This document shows positions 37,959 through 50,582 of a stretch of DNA of 64,000 bases, in pieces. Source of the DNA: Pocillopora damicornis (taxonomy: Eukaryota); assembly GCF_003704095.1 (NCBI RefSeq), contig NW_020844494.1:1-64000 (forward strand). Reading direction: 5' to 3'. The position numbers and the translations under genes are program-made. The notes below the pieces were generated by a model, which saw only the letters and a program-made list of their open reading frames with translations, was not told the DNA's origin and did not search any database. Within the stretch, counting starts at the first letter, position 1. The number at the start of each line of letters is the position of its first letter.

Positions 37959-40900
37959 TTCAAGAAACGACTGACAGCTCTCTTTCTCCTGTAAAAGCTC
38001 TTCAGCGGTGGCATCCATTTTTTCACGTGAGAAGTCACTAATGGCCAGACCCTTCACTATTTCATATTTATGGTCTGGGGAAATTCTCACTGGGAATGAG
38101 TACACAATATCTTTTGGAATTCCATAAGAACCATCTGACACCACGCCCATGGAAACAAACTCCCCCTGTAAAGAAATGTTACAAGAGCTTAACAAAATCA
38201 AATCAAATACAAGCAAAGGACTGCTGACATGCAAATGAAATTGTTTCTATCGACAAGGGAAAAATCTTACTCTCCCATTTACAGTTGACCCCCTCTTGAT
38301 CGTATGTTACTGTTGCCCAATTATTATGGCATTCAATCCTGGCCAAAATTCAAGTTTAATGTTCACCATCCAAGTTTTGTTTTCAATATTCAAGATTTGA
38401 TGTGAACTTCACACTTGACTGACTCAGTCACTCCAGGGGATTTAGAAGTAGTCTACACAAAAACAGAGGATGCCATTGAAGGTGGGTTTTGATTGGCTAC
38501 TCAAACTCCCCCTATCCTCACCCCTGAAAAACTCATGCTGAATTTGTGCCCAAAAATATGGTAATGGTTGCAAGAATGACTGAATTAAAATCACATTTTT
38601 GTGCAATGTGATCTCTGTCACTGTTTCTGCACATACTTATACAACATTTCACCTCAGTGTTGGTGGTTAGCAATTGAAAGTTACCTCCCCCCTTTGCAGC
38701 TCAATCAATATCCATCACCAGCCACCTCCACTTTGGAGAAGAGTTGTTAAATGTTAAATCATTATGAGAGGGGATCCTATGACCCCTGATATAAAAGTTA
38801 CCTCAGCTGTTCCAAACCACCAGTTTCTCATGTGATCACAAATTGCCTTGGCAGCTGACATGGCGCTGGATAACTTACGAGCAGCAATGATAGCAGCACC
38901 ACGCTTTTGCACTGTCTGAAGAGAGAATCCATTTTAGTATTTCTCCCAATCAGTGGCACAAACATGCAGGAGTAATGACGTAAACTTCTGTTTAATACAG
39001 CTACTAACTTTGAGTAATTGCATTCAGTTGCACAAGCAAGCTTCATTTTGCACAGCATGACAGCTACTTTACCAAATGAGTTGATAAATAATTGTAAATT
39101 GGCCACTGCAGAGAGATTCTAAAGCTGAGGTTTCAAGCATCAGCCCTTCATCAGAGCCCTTTGTTGTAAGCCTGTTGCTCTGAAGAAGGACTAATGTCAA
39201 CTTTATAAACTCTTTACCCTGGCCAATTTTACAATAGCAACTCAGTTGATAAAACCCAGTTGTCCTGAAAATAAATTAGTCTACCTAGCACCACACCACA
39301 CCCCAAAACAACAAATGACTGCACCAGCTCACAATGTCAAGGAACTTACTGTAATGAATTCCCCATTCAAAAAACTGTCATCACTGACAGCCTCCCTGAT
39401 TGATATGCATCCCTGTGGCATATTAACAGTCCCATGATTGACATCTGGGTACTGAGTGGATGAGTGATTTCCCCAGATAATGATGTTTTTTACATCTTCA
39501 ACTTGAGTGCCCACTCTCATTGCAATCTGCAAAGGCCAAAAAAATTCTTCTTGCAATAAAATATTAATCATTTGTCATAGGAATAGGAGAGGAAGTATTT
39601 GCTTTCTTTGTCAAGTTGGATAATTCAGAAGTTTGGAATTTGAGGTACATGCTCCAAAATTTAGCAACATACGGCATAAAGGCCATGTAAATTAGTTTCT
39701 ATTGTCAAAGATTTTTCAAGGCTTTCATAATAATTGAAAAGTCTCTAATATTGCCTAAAATATGTTTGGTGAAGGGTACTCTCATTGAATTCAGTTACCT
39801 TATAAAGATATCACTCAGAAATCAGCACTGGTTGCAGCTTGGAAAACAATTCTTCACTATTTCTTATCTTAATGAGTTGGGATTTTATGTTCCAAACTCA
39901 TTCCAGCTCTTTTTCAAAACTTCAAGAGTGTAAAAACCCTGATATGACCAAGATCAGAATGGAGTGAATACAGAAGTTGTGCCTCCATCTGACTTACAAA
40001 CCAAGTGATTCAGGATAAATTACTCTCTTACTGATTTTTCTATCTCGTTTACCTGTGCCCTCGCTCTGTTCATATCCAGTCGCGTCAAGCATGTAAAATT
40101 TTCAGGAGGAATGGACGGAGCATTCATCTTGGCCATCATGCAGTTTGTGTTTGCTGGGTTTCCAACAACCAAAACCTGTGAAATTAAATCCATTAACAAG
40201 GAGTTATTAAGCACCATCAAAATATCTATATCATTCACAAATGTTCTCAGAGGGCTTCATTTAGTTTGTTCCTAGAAGAAACTGTCCTGTAAAAAGCATG
40301 GTCTCAATAAAATTTTTTATTGATGTGAATACTAAGTACCATTACAATTAAGATTTGAGGATTCAAGTGAAGCCAGTTTGGTTTTAATAAGCCCAGAATT
40401 AGGAGAAGACTTTGATCTCAGTTAACGCTTCATCTCCCATGAGTGACCAACACAGAATGTCTTCTCACAATAACAATCCAATATCAAGCTATGAAAACAA
40501 AAACAAAAATCTTTGAAGTGAAAGGGAAAACCAAGTAGTGGAGGATTTGGGTTGGGGGCTTATAACCATGAATTGTAGTAAAATGATAAACAACAACAAT
40601 AGAATGGTGGTTTTCACCAGCATAGTACCTTGACAGTCTTCTTGGCATAATCATTCAGAGCCTTTCCCTGTGCAACAAAGATCTTAGCATTGGCTTTCAG
40701 AAGATCTTTTCTCTCCATTCCTTGTTTTCGCGGCATGGCTCCAACAAGAATGGCCACATCAATGTTGGCAAATGCCACACTTGGCTCGGATGTCGCAATT
40801 ATGTCTGACAGAGATAAATAGAGGATACAACGTACATGTTATGTTCCTTGTATAGCAGATATCATTGTTAACCCTTTCACCCCTTAGAGTGACTAGCATC

Positions 40901-43013
40901 TAATTTCTCCTTACGATATCATCCTTAAATCATACAGTAAGGTCACGAGAGTGATGGAAATGATCAACAAGTACAAGAGCTCTTGATTATTAAGCAAATT
41001 CTCCTTATCAGCACCTTAGGAAATGTATAGAGAACAGTATGGAGAATGTGTATACTGATCTTAGGGTGTAAAGGGTTAACCTGACACAGGTGTGCTGGGA
41101 TGTAACTCTATTTTGTATATCCTCAACTCTACCAAATACACAAAGGATTGTAAAGAATTAAGTCCGAGGTGACTTTTCCTGCAACATCAAAATCTCCTTT
41201 AATTTCATATGAAAATTCAAGAAAATTTGCAGGGAGAATGTCTCAGTGCATCAGAAGTTTTTGGACAGCCTAACCCTAAGTACCCTTGAAATACAGAATA
41301 ACAAACATTAAGTCAAAGTCTAATAGACTATTATTTTACAAGATTGAGAGTTTCTCTTGTTTTAACCCTTTGACTCCTACGTCAAATTTGTAATTCTCCT
41401 TACTTCCAATCATACAATTCTTCTAATGTTAGTTCAGAGAATTAAGTGTTGGATCAACTAATTTTCCCTAATTCTATATTTTTCTCTATTCTCATCACTT
41501 AGCTGGTTGATATTGTATTGATATTGTAAGGAGAAATTCTGTCTTGGTCACTCATGGGAGTTATAGGGTTAAAGGATTCTTACTTTGCAACAATGGAAAG
41601 GCACAGTCCTGTAATTCCATCACTACGCCTTCCAAGACAGGCATCATAGGAACAATATCCAATAAGTGCACAATCAGTGGCTGAGGAAAAGAATATATCC
41701 ATTATTTATGGTCTGAAGACACCAAAAACATTGAAGAAATGTTGAGGAACCACAATAAGTGACTTCTATTGGCTCATTTTGTTTAAAAATTGGATTCATT
41801 TTCCAAAGCCTAACACTGATCTAGTTAGTGATATCCTTTATTCTTACCTGCTGCGTTCCAAACACATCTCCTTTGCAAATGGAATAAAGAAGGGAATAAG
41901 CAATCTGTCCAGCAGCACCAGTGATACAAATACACAAAGCTTCTTTCTCCTAAAAAATAAAAGTAATTGTGCAAATTTCTCTGGTTCTTTATTACATTCT
42001 CCAAAAAATTATCAATCACATAACATTATTTTGTGGACTTCTACACAAATTTTGGCTCTTGCACTCACCTGTGATTTTGAGAAGACAGACAGAGATAAAA
42101 TGTTGTGATTTCACTTTATCAATGGTACAATTTTGATATAGTTTCCCTTGTTTAAACAGGAAAAGTTCATTTAAATATGATATCAATTTGTTTAACACTA
42201 AGCATGCATAAACTGAAAAACATGCCAACCTTTACAAAAAAACACTTAAGTTTTGGACCTTTCTCATTCCTGTGTCCAACAGGAACATGAGCAGCAACAA
42301 CAGCCATGAACATTTGCCAAGATTTTTTTTCAGTGGTCTCTCTAAACTCACAGTCCAAAGGGGAGAAATGTAGCAGTAGAAGGGAAGAGGAAAGAACTGA
42401 TCCAACCATCCTCTTGGAGAGAGGGATCCAAAACACAGTATCACCCCACCCCTCCAAGATCTTCCCATTTTTAAATTCTTACTTTTAAAACACAATTTGC
42501 TTACCCCCAAAATCCCCAAAAACGTGCGACCCCATTCTGGTAATTCTATTGAAAATGCGCCTCTGTTCTTTTCACCCAGTAAAAATGCAGTTGCTAGTAG
42601 TTAATATAAATAAGCTTGTCTAACATCGAAAATTTGTCCTAAATGCATGGGTAAGTTTGTCCCATGCAAATTATATTTCAGAACTTGCGAAATGCAAACT
42701 ACGTGGTCAATGACTCAGAAAGAAGGCCATGTGGTAGATTATTCAGTAAGTAAACCTCAGAGCTTTAAGTAAAGTGCTTAATTTTCAGAAAATACATTTA
42801 ACCTTGAGGGGACGAAGTAAGAAACAAAGTCCAGAGTTAAGAAGTTACATATTCTAGTCACAGGGGCCGGGCTGCAGATCCGAAAAAATTCCCAGTCTTA
42901 AGCATAAGTCAAACCGTCGGATTATGGTAAAACTACGGCCAGTTAAGGCCTAATTAGTTGGAGCAAAGATGAAAAGAGTGCGTAAGGTATTAAAATTTTT
43001 GTATACCCACCAT
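37956..43013 (-). CDS. MDH1: Cytosolic malate dehydrogenase; exons 43013-43011 (ATG only), 41949-41848, 41680-41584, 40804-40629, 40175-40053, 39526-39350, 38915-38802, 38165-37956; 333 aa
   Basis: [35 protein letters not shown] and [13 protein letters not shown]. Exon lengths sum to 1002 nt. The ATG-only first exon is inferred from aagcgcgATG|gtgggt. Confidence 0.96.
39076..39256. mobile_element. Degenerate foldback-family copy in an MDH1 intron
   Basis: tgagttgat..gtaaattggcca ... tggccaattttac..caactcagttgat. Minus strand 39122-39158 reads CTCTGATGAAGGGCTGATGCTTGAAACCTCAGC. Confidence 0.7.
40868..41079. mobile_element. TTAA-flanked piggyBac-type MITE
   Basis: TTAA-CCCTTTCACCCCTTAG ... 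CTTAGGGTGTAAAGGG-TTAA. Confidence 0.8.
41362..41572. mobile_element. TTAA-flanked piggyBac-type MITE (related subfamily)
   Basis: TTAA-CCCTTTGACTCC ... GGGAGTTATAGGG-TTAA. Relatives at ~7313, ~9940, ~25296, ~37070 and 59855. Confidence 0.8.
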
Positions 43014-43630
43014 CGCGCTTGAGTTCGAGTCCACTTCGAGTAAAGACGTTAATAATCGAACCAAACGTGCCACGAAACACGATTGCAAGAATACTGGTAC
43101 TAGACACTAAGGAGGGCGAGGGGAACTGTGGGTACTAGGCGTGACTTGTCTGTCACGATAGAATCACATGACAAGGACAAAAACTGCTCCGATCGTTCTT
43201 TCCATAACATCAGCATGTGATCCTGATATCTACAGCATATGGTACAAATGAAATGTAAATTTTTCGTTATCAAACCTCGCACGTCAGCGAAAGCAGAGGA
43301 AATTGGTCCGGGGATCGAAGTCACCCAAGATAAATATTTCGTAATGTGTCACGCAACTTCAAAGTATAATTATCAAGTTATTTTGGCGAGAGGAGGCTGG
43401 GTCGAGACACACCCCAGACACTCCCAACTCGTCGCACCCGGCATCGTCTGTCTCCCGCTCCATAACGAGAGGATTTTTCTCTCTTTCCCGGAAATGATAC
43501 AGACAGTTAATAATGAAAGAGAACAGTGATCGTGTTTCAGCTCTCAGAGCGACAAGTTCGCTCCAAAAAGTCGAAAATTATTTCTGCTTTTTTATGCCGT
43601 TACTCGTTTGCAAAGTCTGATGTTGCTCAA

Positions 43631-44160
43631 AAACCTTTTCAGACTTTGGGGCATATTTTCGCCAAACCTAAGGATCCTGTCACGAAAGAACAACGAACCG
43701 ACGCCATTTATTCTATTCCTTGCAATGACTGTGATAACGAATACATCGGACAGACCAAACGCCAGTTTGGTACACGGTTAAAAGAGCACCAAAAAGCGGT
43801 TTTTCTTTGCAAAAAGGAAAATTCAGCTTTATCGGAGCATACTTGCCTAACCAACCATACAATTGGGTGGGATAATTCTAAAATGATCACTGCTAATCGG
43901 CGTTACCACCAGCGCCTTTGTTTGGAGGCTTGGCACATTAACTCCGCCCACGCTCCTTTAAATCGTGACGATGGCGGTCTGCTTCCTGACGCCTATTTAC
44001 ACCTCGTCAGAAAAAAGGCCGCTAATTAGTGATCATATAAAAGGACCTCTTGTTGCAGCGTTTAGATCACCCCTGATGAAGGCACTAGACAGGAGTGTCG
44101 AAACGTTGGGTCTATGAATTGTAACTTCCTCGGTTACATTCATTAAATCTGCAAACCAGT
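43631..44160 (+). mobile_element. 5'-truncated Penelope-like retroelement: GIY-YIG endonuclease end plus terminal repeat region
   Basis: KPKDPV...AIYSIPCNDCDNEYIGQTKRQFGTRLKEH...SALSEH...RLCLEAWHI..LNRDDG is the PLE GIY-YIG domain. No RT domain upstream. Confidence 0.88.
44063..44114 (+). ncRNA. Minimal type I hammerhead ribozyme motif
   Basis: CCC-CTGATGA-A-GGCACT-agacagg-AGTGTC-GAAA-CGTT-GGG: both core boxes intact, 6-bp stem II with one G-U pair, palindromic AACGTT stem III. Confidence 0.72.
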
Positions 44161-45501
44161 GTAGCTTCAAACTATGTCTGATTGTCCACCTGGTTGCCGT
44201 GTGAACTTTAATATAAAGTCTGATGTTATCAAGAACCCAAACCTTGGGGAGGAGGGGAGGGGGAAGTTGTCCTCTATTAAAAAGCTGAGTCAAGCTTTTT
44301 TATTTGCATATCAATGTAGATCATTCAAGCACATCTTAGTGCTTAATCAACGGAACGGTCCCCAATATAGGCTTAGTCATGTAGGAACAATGCGATCCTT
44401 TAACCCTTGTCTCAAACAAAATTCCTGAATCAAAAATCTTCACACATGAAGAATGCCGATTACATTTGTCGTCTTGAAGGGGTCGAGAGAGGGCTGGCAC
44501 TAGGCTCCATCTTAACCTAGGCCAGGAGCCCATAATGGGCTCCTGCCTAAGCTCAATTCTTTTTCGAAGCCTATTCATTTTTTTATTTTCTTCTTCATTC
44601 ACATATTAACAACGTATTTTACTATACGATGACGATAACATAGTTCAGGAACTCTTTGGAAGTATACTGTTGATATAGTCTACATTGCTTGAAAGTTTTA
44701 CGTTTGGATAACATACTCAACGACTGACAAGAATAAAACTGTAATCAAACGAAACAATGCCGCATGTATTGCGAGGGAAATAGCGATTTTTAATTGCATA
44801 TGTGAAAGATGCTTTTACTTTCAAGCGGAGTCTACAGTTGTAAGACGGTCTCAATGGGCTATAACCGCAAGCTGTAAAAACGGCAGAAGAAATAGCCGTT
44901 TGGAGTGAAAATTGACAAATTTTAGCCATTAGTCATAAGGAAGATTAACCGGAAAAAAGCTTTTTTTAAAACTAACGGGAAGAAATGAACCATTAGTTTT
45001 AAGATCCATCGCCCATTGAGGCCCTCTTGTATAATTTTACAAAGGTAATTCTACAATTGAAATTTACGCTTGTGTACTAAGTCGAGATACACGTGTAAAT
45101 TCCACCATGGAAATTGTTTTACTAAATTCTTGTAATTACAGGTCGGACTTTACCCGTGTATATCACACATGTAAAAATTAGTCTTTGAAACAACTCCGCA
45201 GAAGTTCCTTTTTTAAAAATAGGTGTCTTTATATATATCGACCCAGATCTAAAAATTTTGCTAGTTCTAAGTTATTTCGTTATTTATGCAAGTTTGCCTG
45301 GCTTCTAGGCGCGATGCAGGTTTGTAGGTACAAATGACCTAACTGATATATTTAATTTTGTTCTTGAGGAATCATTAAAATATATTCTGATAGTTGGTTT
45401 GTTTCTGTGCGCCAGCATATCATCAGAACAAAGAAATTTAGAACACCCTTTGAAGATAAAAAGTGCTATAATATTCCGCCCACTTCAGTGTCAAAGAGAA
45501 T

Positions 45502-48371
45502 TCAAACGTTACTTTCATACTGTTGAGTAACATTTTGTCCATTTTCTTTCTCTTGACCCGGTACAACTTTCTCGGGGGGTCGTAATTCGATTGGAAGAGA
45601 GGAAATAATGCGACAGGAACCAGCATCGTTTTGGTCTTTTAAGGAGGGATGAAAAACACCGTAATAAACTAATAAGGAGAGCTGACCAAAAAAAAATAAG
45701 CCCCACTCTGCTATCAACATCATCACCTTATAAGAATGCTTCCGGTCGCTATAGAAATACCACATCAACACTAAGATGGAGTTTTCGATGAACGTCACCA
45801 TATAATAAGGGCCTCCCCACTTTCGAGTGTCTTTGCCCGCCAATGGAAAGAAACAAAACACGTTTACGAAAGCAAACGCAAATCTGAGAATTTTGTCGTA
45901 TACCCATCCTTCTTCGAAGTAAACATTTGGCTGTCCACGTAAAAGCATGTAGGAGAACAACAAATGGACACAAACGACGGCGAAAACCCAGGCTTGGTAA
46001 AGAGAAGCGAAAAGCACCAAAGCCAGGATACGAGAAGCAACCATAGACAAACGCCAAGCGAAGTGAAAAAGAGAGGCAAAGCTGAAGAGTTCCAATAATT
46101 GGCTCTCTTCTCTTCCTAAGCGTAACATTCTGCCAAAATTGAGCAGATTAAAAGAGAAGAAACTTAAAGACTTGATGATGTTCACTAAAATAAACCAATC
46201 CGCAAAAGATGTCCAGTCCAAATTTGATTTCTGAACCAGGATGTACATCTGTAGGGCAACCTAAAGATAAAAATGATATTTAACAACTGTTCGCCGAAGT
46301 AGCTGGTGGTGGATATTTACCGAGCCGGGTGCGGCTAAGTAAATATCTACCGCTAGCCACTGACATTGAGGTGAATAATTCTCTCAGTATATATACTAAA
46401 ACAATGACATCATACCGCAAAAAGAGATGATTTTAATTCATTTATCCCAGCATACCTTGCGCACGTTGCTCGGAGGTGAATAGTAAAGGATATTCGCGGT
46501 TTGAGTAGCCAATCAAAGTGCGCCCACATTTCTATCCACTAGAGAAAGATGTTTTTCGTCTTTTCACGAGTATGGGATGAAGAAAAAAAAACCATCTGTC
46601 TTATTCTATCTCTATCCACTGTTTTAGTCCATACTTATTAGCTTTTTTTTTCACTTTGTTCGTCCAAAAAGTAAGCCGGTCTTTCTGATCAACCGCACAT
46701 GTTATAATAGCTTTCTTTGATTAAGGGAAACACCTACTGAAACAATTTTCGATTGAATTTTGAAATAGGCCCAATGAATGATTGGTTTTGCTTTACTTCG
46801 CTTGGTTTTACTTCGCTTGGTAATTAGTTCAGAAAACTGGCAACAATCTCTGAACCAATCAGATGCAGGACTCAAAACTTGCATTACATGTTTTTCCGCC
46901 TATCAGGTTGGCTGCTTGTTTTTACTTTGGGTTCTCAGAGGCTTTCAGGAAAATTTGCTTTTGGTTCCTTCGTAGTGATTACTCTCCTTTTAGTCTGGAA
47001 TTTTAATTCGGTTACTATGACTATTCGTGGCAAATTTGACGCTAGTCTCGTACCCTGGCCTTTCACGGCCAAGCGGTAAGGTCCCTACAATTCAGTTACA
47101 ATTACATGGTAGGATCTGAGTTCGAGATTTCTTTAACGCCTGTTTCCCATTTCAAGGGAAATCGATTCAAAACTTTCGCGAGGAGTAAAACAACCGCTAT
47201 TTCAAATTTAACGGATGGAAAACCCTACGCAGTTCCTCTCAGTTCCATTCCGGAGTCCTAACCCCTAACCCTTGAACGAAGAAAAGAAAAATTTTCCCCA
47301 GTCCCCTAACGGCTTCACCTACCTGGGGTGCTTCTTCGGTAAACGCTTCCACAACGCTCAATGTACTTGTGTCTACTTGTTGGGATATATACAACCGATA
47401 CAACTCACTATTTTCTTTATGCGGCGTAGAAATTCTTCTTATGAAACGCACAGTCTTGAGTATCTGAAACAATCTTTTAGAAAAACACACTTAAATTAAC
47501 TCCAAGAGCGTCCGAAAGCGAGGAAACTTCTAACAACAATCAATTTAAGAGTGTTTCTTTTGAAGTCGACAAACAGCAGTTTGAGCAAATCCTATGAGGA
47601 AAAAATAATTTAAAGCGTGTTGGACAAAACAGCTTTAAAAAGTACCATAGCTTTGGTGTAAATTGGGTATTAGTTAAGTGCACAGCTTACAAGCTCTGAG
47701 ATTGTCATTCATACAACAAGCGACCAAGAAAAATAATGACAAAATCATCCACTGCTCAGCATATCATGTAGGTAACGAGTGAATGAAGCCACACCAACAA
47801 CTAACTTTTGAAGAAAGGCTCATCTCTAAGAACCTCACCCTTACCGCAGGATCTTTACTGTGCTCGGAATCACCCATAGACGTGTGGCTCGGAAAAATTT
47901 TAACCAAGAAATTTAAAATCTCATTTGAGTTAAACTCTTTATCTAACCTTACCGTAGAAAACGACCGCAAAAGATCAAATGGACAGCATAAAACCAAGGC
48001 TTCACTTGTAATTGGAAATATTCCAGCCACGAACTTTTTCCTTCATTTGTTTGATCGTCACGGTAAAATATGGCTGACAAGACCTCAATAAAAACCAGCG
48101 AAAATATGACTACGGCCAGCGTATATGCTGCCCATTTGTGGTTCCCCTCTCTGTAGTGCGTTGCAGCCATTTCGCAGTCCATAACAACATCGACAAGGAA
48201 CATCAAGGCTGCAAATAAAGGGGTCACCAGGCCAAATCGGCTGCACTGTCCCCTCTGTTGCCAAAATTCCGCTTCAGGATCCACCTCCGTAAAATGGGGT
48301 CGACGGTCTGCAACTCGTTTAAAAAGTTCGCGGCAACATGTTTTTGACCTGGCATCGACAGATTCAACCAT
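45502..48371 (-). CDS. XK-related protein (phospholipid scramblase family), paralog A; exons 48371-47953, 47473-47323, 46260-45502; 442 aa
   Basis: EAFTEEAPQVALQMYI, WRLSMVASRILALVLFAS, YYMVTFIEN and YYGVFHP are XK-family motifs. Phases are consistent. Confidence 0.9.
46282..46545. repeat. Interspersed repeat (MITE-like), with further copies at ~38480-38750 and ~56210-56300
   Basis: taacaactgttcgccgaagt..ggtggtggatatttaccgag..accgctagccac..gaggtgaata recurs in reverse complement at the other sites. Confidence 0.65.
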
Positions 48372-48698
48372 TTTATTCTCTGCAGAAAAAAATACGAGTC
48401 AAGGAATACTCGAGAAGGCCCTCGGCCTCATAGACAAGGCGAGTAAAAGTAACCGATATCATGTTACCAGCACTAACAGTTTTGAAAATTGCGCTATTTT
48501 TTCTTAACGTGTGCTTTTCAAATAAGAAACACAAATCATAACCAAATTATAAATTTACTGTTAAAAAAGCATAATATTTCCGTCCTCTGTTAAAACACAA
48601 CGACTAACATTTTGTTCCTTATAAAGAGAGGAATTGGGACCAACGCAGTCTCTACTTCCAGTGCGCCCAGTCCTCTCAACAAGGGGCGACGCAACAAT

Positions 48699-48799
48699 TA
48701 GCCTGCGTGTAGCCGTACCCTCCCCCCCCCCCCCGCCAAGGTGAAACGGAGGCTTCCGTTTCACCTTGGGGGGGAAAGGGAACGGCTACACGTAGGTTA
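48699..48799. mobile_element. ~100-bp almost fully palindromic MITE
   Basis: tagcctgcgtgtagccgtaccct-C-run-ccaaggtgaaacgga ggct tccgtttcaccttgg-G-run-agggaacggctacacgtaggtta, with TA at both ends. Confidence 0.8.
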
Positions 48800-48960
48800 A
48801 GCAGCAATAAACGGATCTTAGAGATCAAGCTGGGGATGACTCTTGTGATCTAGTAAAATAAAAATGCTTATGCTAGCAGTGCTACTTTTATAAAAAGTGC
48901 AAAAATTATGCTCGTTTTTTTAAATTATGTCAAAAATTATGCCAGTATAATCTATGCAAG

Positions 48961-49105
48961 CACAGGCGGCCGAAGTTCACGTCTCGAGAGAAAGCAAACT
49001 ATTAATTCATGAAAGCGTCACGTTAATGACATGTAAATGAGTGGCAGGGTATTCTGCAACTTAGCCATTCCTGTTCTCTCGAGACGTGTGCTTTGGCCGC
49101 CTGTG
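48961..49105. mobile_element. MITE with ~30-bp terminal inverted repeats
   Basis: cacaggcggccgaagttcacgtctcgagagaa ... ttctctcgagacgtgtgctttggccgcctgtg. Confidence 0.8.
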
Positions 49106-50582
49106 ATATAAAGGCCTAACTCCGTGCTGATTGCATTTGATACTGCGAAACTGTATAAATTAAAAACACCAAGCACAGACATTCACTCAACCTTGACAAG
49201 TCTTGGGAAATACATCCCTGTTCAATTGCACGTGAAACTGAAACTAAGAAAGGTTCGATAATATTGTCATTCAAAAACTCACCAAAAAATTCCTATTTCA
49301 ATACAGCTTTCAGACCTCGGTGAAACAAATTCCTCCTTGGATTATCTTAAGAATGATTCGAGAAGAAAGTTTAAGTACAGTTTTGGCAAATTTGATCGCT
49401 GAAATTTCGATTTCCTGAGTCAATTTGAGATAGTTCAAAGTCTACATGACGAAGTCCAAACACACCGCTCATACTACAGCGTTTAACAATAAAATTTGTT
49501 AAGCTTGTACATTCCAGTTATCCTCTGAGTAAAGCACACGATTTCATCCATTTACCAACCTTTTATGAATGGCTCTTCTTTCCACACTAGCAGCGTCAAG
49601 CTGTTCTGGCAATTACCAGACTGCTTATAGGCCACCGGACGTGAAATATGATCGCTTTGAAATAGAAAGCTCATTCCTGATGACCGGAAGTGTGGTTGAA
49701 TTTAGAACTTCTGGGAATTTACCCAAAGTCAACACCCGAAAGCCTCTCCCATTCCTCTTTCGACTAAAAAGAGGAAGTCAGAGCTTAGCCAGATGGTATT
49801 TTCGGTTTCCATGAAAATAATTTAATTACAAGACTCGGGAAAGAAAATAAACACAGTTTGAATTGCATAAATTTTACTTTGCCGATAGGTGACAGTTCAT
49901 CTCGTTTATTTTCGATCTCAGCCTTGAAATTTAATGAACGAAGAGATAGGAATGACGAGAAAAAGATAGCACTTTAGAATCAGCACGTTCCTTGTCACGG
50001 CTCTTTGACTCGTGACCGATCGATTTTCATTGCGTGATGTGAAAGGAACGTGACTTATGAAGTCCAACGAACCAAAGACTAATCCGTCAGTGACAGCTAT
50101 TTAAAAGAAGGTAGATCAATCATACTTGGTCTTGTTCTGCGTGTGCAAACCTGCGTCCATGAGGATTTGATAGCTAAGATTTCAACCCTCGACTGACTGA
50201 GGATTTTATGAAAAACAAAAGAAGATGAAAATTGACTAANNNNNNNNNNNNNNNNNNNNNNNNNNNNNNNNNNNNNNNNNNNNNNNNNNNNNNNNNNNNN
50301 NNNNNNNNNNNNNNNNNNNNNNNNNNNNNNNNNNNNNNNGTGGACCAATACCACTAGGGTGACAAACATAAAATGACCGCCACGAAAAATGTCACAATAT
50401 TTTTCCAGAGCCTTTTTAAGGTTATCAATATTGATGAAGTGACAAGCAGCTGTAACACAAACAATTTTTATTGCCAGTTTTTTGTTGGTTTTGTATTCGT
50501 AGTTCTCAGTGAGCGGTAAAAGTTAGTCATTACTTAGGCTCCTGATCTGTACCACTCCCGGAAAAAACCATATTCTTTTCTC

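Noticed and set aside
47257-47271. Telomere-like CCCTAA units (also ~13087)
   Set aside because: Only two imperfect units, as expected by chance.
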